Positions 55,841 through 64,000 of a stretch of DNA of 64,000 bases are shown one piece after another. Origin of the DNA: Eledone cirrhosa (taxonomy: Eukaryota). Position 1 is the first letter of the stretch, and every line of letters begins with the position of its first letter. The notes beneath the pieces were generated by a model, which saw only the letters and a program-made list of their open reading frames with translations, was not told where the DNA came from and searched no databases. Both the position numbers and the translations under genes were made by a program. Location of the stretch: the NCBI GenBank assembly GCA_964016885.1, contig CAXHJY010000096.1:1054001-1118000 (forward strand), written 5' to 3'.

Positions 55841-56084
55841 TTCCAGCCGTCCAAGGAGATTATAATTTTAAAAAAAATCAGGCGGAGATAATTTGTAAAA
55901 AAAAATCAGGGGGAGATAATTTGTAAAAAAAAATCAGGGGGAGATAATTTGTAAAAAAAAATCAGGGGGAGATAATTTGTAAAAAAAATCAGGAGGAGAT
56001 AATTTGTAAAAAAAATCAAGGGGAGATAATTTCCAGCCGTCCAAGGAGAGATAATTTAAAAAAAAATCAGGCGGAGATAATTTG

Positions 56085-59000
56085 TAAAAAAAAATCAGGG
56101 GGAGATAATTTGTAAAAAAATCAGGGGGAGATAATTTGTAAAAAAAATCAGGGGGAGATAATTTGTAAAAAAATTCATGGGGAGATAATTTGTAAAAAAA
56201 AATCAGGGGTAGATAATTTGTAAAAAAAAATCAGGGGGAGATAATTTGTAAAAAAAAATCAGGGGGAGATAATTTGTAAAAAAAATCAAGGGGAGATAAT
56301 TTCCAGCCGTCCAAGGGGAGATAATTTTCAGCCGTCCAAGGAGAGGTAATTTCTAGCCGTCCAAGGGGAGATAATTTCCAGCCGTCCAAGGGGAGGTAAT
56401 TTCCAGCCGTCCAAGGGGAGATAATTTTAAAAAAAAATCAGGCGGAGATAATTTGTAAAAAAAATCAAGGGGAGATAATTTGCAGCCGTCCAAGGGGAGA
56501 TAATTTTCAGTCGTCCAAGGAGAGGTAATTTCTAGCCGTCCAAGGGGAGATAATTGCCAGCCGTCCAAGGGGAGATAATTTCCAGCCGTCCAAGGGGAGA
56601 TAATTTTTTTTAAAAAATCAGGCGGAGATAATTTGTAAAAAAAATCAGGGGGAGATAATTTGTAAACAAAATCAGGGGGAGATAATTTGTAAAAAAAAAT
56701 CAGGGGGAGATAATTTGTAAAAAAAATCATGGAGAGATAATTTCCAGCCGTCCAAGGTGAGATAATTTCCAGCCGTCCAAGGAGACATATTTTCCAGCCG
56801 TCCAAGGCGAGGTAATTTCTAGCCGTCCAAGGGGAGATAAATTCCAGCCTCCAAGGGGAGATAATTTCCAGCCAGCCAAGTGGAGATAATTTGTAAAAAA
56901 ATCAGGGGGAGATAATTTGTAAAAAATATCAGGGAGATAATTTGTAAAAAAAAATCAGGGGGAGATAATTTGTAAAAAAAATCAGGGGGAGATAATTTGT
57001 AAAAAAAAATCAGGGGGAGATAATTTGTAAAAAAAATCAAGGGGAGATAATTTCCAGCCGTCCAAGGGGAGATAATTTTCAGCCGTCCAAGGGGAGATAA
57101 TTTCCCGCCAGCCAAGGGAAGATAATATTTAAAAAAATCAGGCGGAGATAATTTGTAAAAAAAATCAGGGGGAGATAATTTGTAAAAAAATCAGGGGGAG
57201 ATAATTTGTAAAAAAAAAATCAGGGGGAGATAATTTGTAAAAAAAATCAGGGGGAGATAATTTGTAAAAAAAAATCAGGGGTAGATAATTTGTAAACAAA
57301 AATCAGGGGGAGATAATTTGTAAAAAAAAATCAGGGGGAGATAATTTGTAAAAAAAATGAAAGGGGAGATAATATCCAGCCGTCCAAGGGGAGATAATTT
57401 CCAGCCGTCCAAGGGGATATAATTTCCAGCCGTCCAAGGGGAGATAATTTCCATCCTTCCAAGGGGATATAATTTCCAGCCGTCCAAGGGGAGATAATTT
57501 CCCGCCAGCCAAGGGAAGATAATTTTTAAAAAAATCAGGCGGAGATTGTAAAAAAAATCAGGGGGGAGATAATTTGTAAAAAAATCAGGGGGAGATAATT
57601 TGTAAAAAATAATCAGGGGGAGATAATTTGTAAAAAAATTCAAGGGGAGATAATTTCCAGCCGTCCAAGGGGAGATAATTTCCCGCCAGCCAAGGGAAGA
57701 TAATATTTAAAAAAATTAGGCGGAGATAATTTGTAAAAAAAATCAGGGGGAGATAATTTGTAAAAAAATCAGGGGGAGATAATTTGTAAAAAAAATCAGG
57801 GGGAGATAATTTGTAAAAAAAATCATGGGGAGATAATTTGTAAAAAAAAATCAGGGGTAGATAATTTGTAAAAAAAAATCAGGGGGAGATAATTTGTAAA
57901 AAAAAATCAGGGGGAGATAATTTGTAAAAAAAATCAAGGGGAGATAATATCCAGCCGTCCAAGGAGAGATAATTTAAAAAAAAAATGAGGCGGAGATAAT
58001 TTGTAAAAAAAAAATCAGGGGGAGTTAATTTGTAAAAAAAAATGAGGGGGAGATAATTTGTAAAAAAAATCAAGGGGAGATAATTTCCAGCCGTCCAAGG
58101 GGAGATAATTTTCAGCCGTCCAAGGAGAGGTAATTTCTAGCCGTCCAAGGGGAGATAATTTCCAGCCGTCCAAGGGGAGGTAATTTCCAGCCGTCCAAGG
58201 GGAGATAATTTTTAAAAAAAAATCAGGCGGAGATAATTTGTAAAAAAAATCAAGGGGAGATAATTTGCAGCCGTCCAAGGGGAGATAATTTTCAGTCGTC
58301 CAAGGAGAGGTAATTTCTAGCCGTCCAAGGGGAGATAATTTCCAGCCGTCCAAGGGGAGATAATTTCCAGCCGTCCAAGGGGAGATAATTTTTTTTAAAA
58401 AATCAGGCGGAGATAATTTGTAAAAAAAATCAGGGGGAGATAATTTGTAAACAAAATCAGGGGGAGATAATTTGTAAAAAAAAATCAGGGGGAGATAATT
58501 TGTAAAAAAAATTAGGCGTAGATAATTTGTAAAAAAAAATCAGGGGGAGATAATTTGTAAAAAAAAATCAGGGGGAGATAATTTGTTTAAAAAATCAAGG
58601 GGAGATAATTTGCAGCCGTCCAAGGGGAGATAATTTTCAGCCGTCCAAGGAGAGGTAATTTCTAGCCGTTCAAGGGGAGATAATTTCCAGCCGTCCAAGG
58701 GGAGATAATTTCCAGCCGTCCAAGGGGAGATAATTTTTTTTAAAAAATCAGGCGGAGATAATTTGTAAAAAAAAATCAGGGGGAGATAATTCGTAAAAAA
58801 AAATCAGGGGGAGTTAATTTGTAAAAAAAAATCAGGGGGAGATAATTTGTAAAAAAAATCAAGGGGAGATAATTTCCAGCCGTCCAAGGGGAGGTAATAT
58901 CTAGCCGTCCAAGGGGAGATAATTTCCAGCCGTCCAAGGGGAGATAATTTCCAGCCGTCCAAGGGGAGATAATTTCCAGCCGTCCAAGGAGACATATTTT

Positions 59001-62000
59001 CCAGCCGTCCAAGGCGAGGTAATTTCTAGCCGTCCAAGGGGAGATTAATTCCAGCCTCCAAGGGGAGATAATTTCCAGCCAGCCAAGGGGAGATAATTTG
59101 TAAAAAAATCAGGGGGAGATAATTTGTAAAAAATATCAGGGAGATAATTTGTAAAAAAAAATCAGGGGGAGATAATTTGTAAAAAAAATCAGGGGGAGAT
59201 AATTTGTAAAAAAAAATCAGGGGGAGATAATTTGTAAAAAAAATCAAGGGGAGATAATTTCCAGCCGTCCAAGGGGAGATAATTTTCAGCCGTCCAAGGA
59301 GAGGTAATTTCTAACCGTCCGAGGAGAGATAATTTCCAGCCGTCCAAGGGGAGATAATTTCCAGCCGTCCAAGGAGACATATTTTCCAGCCGTCCAAGGA
59401 GAGGTAATTTCTAGCCGTCCAAGGGGAGATAAATTCCAGCCTCCAAGGGGAGATAATTTCCAGCCAGCCAAGGGGAGATAATTTGTAAAAAAATCAGGGG
59501 GAGATAATTTGCAAAAAAAATCAGGGGGAGATAATTTGTAAAAAAAATCAGGGGGAGATAATTTGTAAAAAATAATCAGGGGGAGATAATTTCCAGCCGT
59601 CCAAGGGAAGATAATTTCCAGCCCTCCAAGGGGCTATAATTTCCAGTGTCCAAGGGGAGATAATTTCCAGCCAGAGAAGGGGAGATAATTTTTTTTAAAA
59701 AATCATTGGGAGATTTGTAAAAAAAATCAGGGGGAGATAATTTGCAAAAAAAATCAGGGGGAGATAATTTGTAAAAAAAAATCAGGGGTAGATAATTTGT
59801 AAAAAAAAATCAGGGGGAGATAATTTGTAAAAAAAAATCAGGGGGAGATAATTTGTAAAAAAAATCAAGGGGAGATAATTTCCAGCCGTCCAAGGAGAGA
59901 TAATTTTAAAAAAAATCAGGCGGAGATAATTTGTAAAAAAAAATCAGGGGGAGATAATTTGTAAAAAAAATCAGGGGGAGATAATTTGTAAAAAAAAATC
60001 AGGGGTAGATAATTTGTAAAAAAAAATCAGGGGGAGATAATTTGTAAAAAAAAATCAGGGGGAGATAATTTGTAAAAAAAATCAAGGGGAGATAATTTCC
60101 AGCCGTCCAAGGAGAGATAATTTTAAAAAAAATCAGGCGGAGATAATTTGTAAAAAAAAATTAGGGGGAGATAATTTGTAAAAAAAAATCAGGGGGAGAT
60201 AATTTGTAAAAAAAATCAAGGGGAGATAATTTCCAGCCGTCCAAGGGGAGATAATTTTCAGCCGTCCAAGGGGAGATAATTTCCCGCCAGCCAAGGGAAG
60301 ATAATATTCAAAAAAATCAGGCGGAGATAATTTGTAAAAAAAATCAGGGGGAGATAATTTGTAAAAAAATCAGGGGGAGATAATTTGTAAAAAAAAAAAT
60401 CAGGGGGAGATAATTTGTAAAAAAAATCAGGGGGAGATAATTTGTAAAAAAAAATCAGGGGTAGATAATTTGTAAAAAAAAATCAGGGGGAGATAATTTG
60501 TAAAAAAAAATCAGGGGCAGATAATTTGTAAAAAAAATGAAAGGGGAGATAATATCCAGCCGTCCAAGGGGAGATAATTTCCAGCCGTCCAAGGGGAGAT
60601 AATTTCCAGCCGTCCAAGGGGAGAAAATTTCCATCCTTCCAAGGGGATATAATTTCCAGCCGGCCAAGGGGAGATAATTTCCATCCTTCCAAGGGGATAT
60701 AATTTCCAGCCGTCCAAGGGGAGATAATTTTCAGCCGTCCAAGGAGAGGTAATTTCTAGCCGTCCAAGGAGAGATAATTTCCAGCCGTCCAAGGGGAGAT
60801 AATTTCCAGCCGTCCAAGGGGAGATAATTTCCAGCCGTCCAAGGAGACATATTTTCCAGCCGTCCAAGGAGAGGTAATTCCTAGCCGTCCAAGGGGAGAT
60901 AAATTCCAGCCTCCAAGGGGAGATAATTTCCAGCCAGCCAAGGGGAGATAATTTGTAAAAAAAATCAGGGGGAGATAATTTCTAAAAAAAATCAGGGGGA
61001 GATAATTTGTAAAAAAAAATCAGGGGGAGATAATTTGTAAAAAATAATCAGGGGGAGATAATTTGTAAAAAAAATCAAGGGGAGATAATTTCCAGCCGTC
61101 CAAGGGGAGATAATTTTCAGCCGTCCAAGGGGAGATAATTTCCCACCAGCCAAGGGAAGATAATATTTAAAAAAATTATGCGGAGATAATTTGTAAAAAA
61201 AATCAGGGGGAGATAATTTGTAAAAAAATCAGGGGGAGATAATTTGTAAAAAAAATCAGGGGGAGATAATTTGTAAAAAAAATCAGGGGGAGATAATTTG
61301 TAAAAAAAAATCAGGGGTAGATAATTTGTAAAAAAAATCAGGGGGAGATAATTTGTAAAAAAAAATCAGGGGGAGATAATTTGTAAAAAAAAATCAGGGG
61401 GAGATAATTTGTAAAAAAAAATCAGGGGGAGATAATTTGTAAAAAAAATGAAAGGGGAGATAATATCCAGCCGTCCAAGGGGAGATAATTTCCAGCCGTC
61501 CAAGGAGAGATAATTTCCAGCCGTCCAAGGGGAGATAATTTCCATCCTTCCAAGGGGATATAATTTCCAGCCGTCCAAGGGGAGATAATTTCCATCCTTC
61601 CAAGGGGATATAATTTCCAGCCGTCCAAGGGGAGATAATTTTCAGCCGTCCAAGGAGAGGTAATTTCTAGCCGTCCAAGGAGAGATAATTTCCAGCCGTC
61701 CAAGGGGAGATAATTTCCAGCCGTCCAAGGGGAGATAATTTCCAGCCGTCCAAGGAGACATATTTTCCAGCCGTCCAAGGAGAGGTAATTCCTAGCCGTC
61801 CAAGGGGAGATAAATTCCAGCCTCCAAGGGGAGATAATTTCCAGCCAGCCAAGGGGAGATAATTTGTAAAAAAAATCAGGGGGAGATAATTTGTAAAAAA
61901 AATCAGGGGGAGATAATTTGTAAAAAAAAATCAGGGGGAGATAATTTGTAAAAAAAATCAAGGGGAGATAATTTCCAGCCGTCCAAGGGGAGATAATTTT

Positions 62001-62870
62001 CAGCCGTCCAAGGGGAGATAATTTCCCGCCAGCCAAGGGAAGATAATATTCAAAAAAATCAGGCGGAGATAATTTGTAAAAAAAATCAGGGGGAGATAAT
62101 TTGTAAAAAAATCAGGGGGAGATAATTTGTAAAAAAAAAATCAGGGGGAGATAATTTGTAAAAAAAATCAGGGGGAGATAATTTGTAAAAAAAAATCAGG
62201 GGTAGATAATTTGTAAAAAAAAATCAGGGGGAGATAATTTGTAAAAAAAAATCAGGGGGAGATAATTTGTAAAAAAAATGAAAGGGGAGATAATATCCAG
62301 CCGTCCAAGGGGAGATAATTTCCAGCCGTCCAAGGGGAGATAATTTCCAGCCGTCCAAGGGGAGATAATTTCCATCCTTCCAAGGGGATATAATTTCCAG
62401 CCGTCCAAGGGGAGATAATTTCCATCCTTCCAAGGGGATATAATTTCCAGCCGTCCAAGGGGAGATAATTTTCAGCCGTCCAAGGAGAGGTAATTTCTAG
62501 CCGTCCAAGGAGAGATAATTTCCAGCCGTCCAAGGGGAGATAATTTCCAGCCGTCCAAGGGGAGATAATTTCCAGCCGTCCAAGGAGACATATTTTCCAG
62601 CCGTCCAAGGAGAGGTAATTCCTAGCCGTCCAAGGGGAGATAAATTCCAGCCTCCAAGGGGAGATAATTTCCAGCCAGCCAAGGGGAGATAATTTGTAAA
62701 AAAAATCAGGGGGAGATAATTTGTAAAAAAATCAGGGGGAGATAATTTGTAAAAAAAATCAGGGGGAGATAATTTGTAAAAAAAATCAGGGGGAGATAAT
62801 TTGTAAAAAAAAATCAGGGGTAGATAATTTGTAAAAAAAAATCAGGGGGAGATAATTTGTAAAAAAAATC
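56085..62870. repeat. About 6.8-kb block duplicating about 45480-52660 (offset 10605, then 10205 after a 400-bp deletion at about 61390)
   Basis: ORF pairs 46214/56819, 48171/58776 and 50151/60756 (10605), 51217/61422 (10205), 51992/62196 (10204). Confidence 0.92.
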
Positions 62871-64000
62871 AAGGGGAGATAATTTCCAGCCGTCCAAGGG
62901 GAGATAATTTTCAGCCGTCCAAGGGGAGATAATTTCCCGCCAGCCAAGGGAAGATAATATTCAAAAAAATCAGGCGGAGATAATTTGTAAAAAAAATCAG
63001 GGGGAGATAATTTGTAAAAAAATCAGGGGGAGATAATTTGTAAAAAAAAAAATCAGGGGGAGATAATTTGTAAAAAAAATCAGGGGGAGATAATTTGTAA
63101 AAAAAAATCAGGGGTAGATAATTTGTAAAAAAAAATCAGGGGGAGATAATTTGTAAAAAAAAATCAGGGGGAGATAATTTGTAAAAAAAATGAAAGGGGA
63201 GATAATATCCAGCCGTCCAAGGGGAGATAATTTCCAGCCGTCCAAGGAGAGATAATTTCCAGCCGTCCAAGGGGAGATAATTTCCATCCTTCCAAGGGGA
63301 TATAATTTCCAGCCGTCCAAGGGGAGATAATTTCCATCCTTCCAAGGGGATATAATTTCCAGCCGTCCAAGGGGAGATAATTTTCAGCCGTCCAAGGAGA
63401 GGTAATTTCTAGCCGTCCAAGGAGAGATAATTTCCAGCCGTCCAAGGGGAGATAATTTCCAGCCGTCCAAGGGGAGATAATTTCCAGCCGTCCAAGGAGA
63501 CATATTTTCCAGCCGTCCAAGGAGAGGTAATTCCTAGCCGTCCAAGGGGAGATAAATTCCAGCCTCCAAGGGGAGATAATTTCCAGCCAGCCAAGGGGAG
63601 ATAATTTGTAAAAAAAATCAGGGGGAGATAATTTGTAAAAAAAATCAGGGGGAGATAATTTGTAAAAAAAAATCAGGGGGAGATAATTTGTAAAAAAAAT
63701 CAAGGGGAGATAATTTCCAGCCGTCCAAGGGGAGATAATTTTCAGCCGTCCAAGGGGAGATAATTTCCCGCCAGCCAAGGGAAGATAATATTCAAAAAAA
63801 TCAGGCGGAGATAATTTGTAAAAAAAATCAGGGGGAGATAATTTGTAAAAAAATCAGGGGGAGATAATTTGTAAAAAAAAAAATCAGGGGGAGATAATTT
63901 GTAAAAAAAATCAGGGGGAGATAATTTGTAAAAAAAAATCAGGGGTAGATAATTTGTAAAAAAAAATCAGGGGGAGATAATTTGTAAAAAAAAATCAGGG
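60539..64000. repeat. Run of short HORs with alternating periods of about 911 and 830 bp (1742-bp dimer), continuing off the window
   Basis: 16-A modules start at 60539, 61450, 62280 and 63192. Identical 204-aa ORFs at 61422 and 63164 are offset by 1742. Confidence 0.85.

Larger units (their letters stand above)
1..64000. repeat. Composite tandem satellite array of two interspersed monomers: A = CAAGGGGAGATAATTTCCAGCCGTC (25 bp) and B = CAGGGGGAGATAATTTGT(A)7-11T (26-30 bp). Extends past both window edges.
   Basis: The core GGGGAGATAATTT, or a close variant, recurs every 25-30 bp from base 1 to 64000, followed by either CCAGCCGTC or GT(A)nT. No interruption or inversion was seen. Confidence 0.99.

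Noticed and set aside
637-63778. About 200 minus-strand ORFs (60-230 aa) with LDGWKLSP / LGRLEIISP / WTAGNYLP / DFFYKLSPP repeats
   Set aside because: These are translation artefacts. The reverse complement of monomer A has no stop in any frame, and 25 bp cycles through all three frames. Most initial M residues correspond to TTG in the repeat, ORFs overlap in several frames, and indels between copies ignore frame. The + strand has TAA in every core, hence no ORFs there.
1-64000. CRISPR-like layout of a constant repeat plus a variable spacer
   Set aside because: The 'spacers' are only 9-14 bp and of two types rather than unique. The repeat is 16 bp, and there is no leader or cas gene.
1-64000. 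Telomerase- or reverse-transcriptase-synthesised repeat from two templates (25-bp units recall long budding-yeast telomere repeats)
   Set aside because: Point variants and A-tract lengths are inherited in multi-kb blocks, which indicates DNA-level duplication rather than fresh templated synthesis. The G-rich strand is G/A-rich rather than G/T-rich. A subtelomeric location is not excluded.
1-64000. Shine-Dalgarno-like (AGGGGGAG, AAGGAG) and CsrA/RsmA-like (CAAGGA) motifs
   Set aside because: There are no downstream + strand ORFs, no GGA-loop hairpins and no sign of prokaryotic gene context. Such short matches are expected from the repeat composition.
1-64000. Canonical G-quadruplex array
   Set aside because: G-tracts are separated by about 21-25 nt, far longer than canonical 1-7 nt loops, so stable intramolecular G4 cannot be claimed from sequence alone.
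1-64000. Whole window as a sequencing or concatemer artefact
   Set aside because: Nested HORs with lineage-specific shared variants and whole-monomer indels are typical of real satellite evolution. Individual large duplications still need read validation.
1-64000. Assignment to a named satellite family, organism or centromere
   Set aside because: I do not recognise the monomers, and there is no flanking unique sequence. A database search and chromatin data are needed.

Overview
The whole 64 kb window is one uninterrupted head-to-tail tandem satellite array of roughly 2,400 monomers (64 kb divided by about 26 bp), all in the same orientation. I found no unique sequence, genes, RNA genes or transposon fragments. 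Two related monomers share a 16-bp core, CA(A/G)GGGGAGATAATTT. Type A is CAAGGGGAGATAATTTCCAGCCGTC (25 bp, 52% GC). Type B is CAGGGGGAGATAATTTGT(A)7-11T (26-30 bp, about 30% GC). A and B occur in alternating runs (A up to 16 monomers, B up to about 11), with stereotyped variant monomers at the run junctions. The runs form nested higher-order repeats (HORs): 50, 98, 217, 496, 831, 1517 and 1742 bp units, a variable cycle of about 7 kb, and block duplications at offsets 3467, about 9550-9660, about 10605, 12339 and 38579 bp. Every ORF in the track is on the minus strand and is an artefact of translating the repeat. The organisation resembles eukaryotic centromeric, heterochromatic or subtelomeric satellite DNA, but I do not recognise the family or organism and cannot establish a function. 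Coordinates and offsets were derived by eye and from the ORF track, so boundaries are approximate to within about one monomer.
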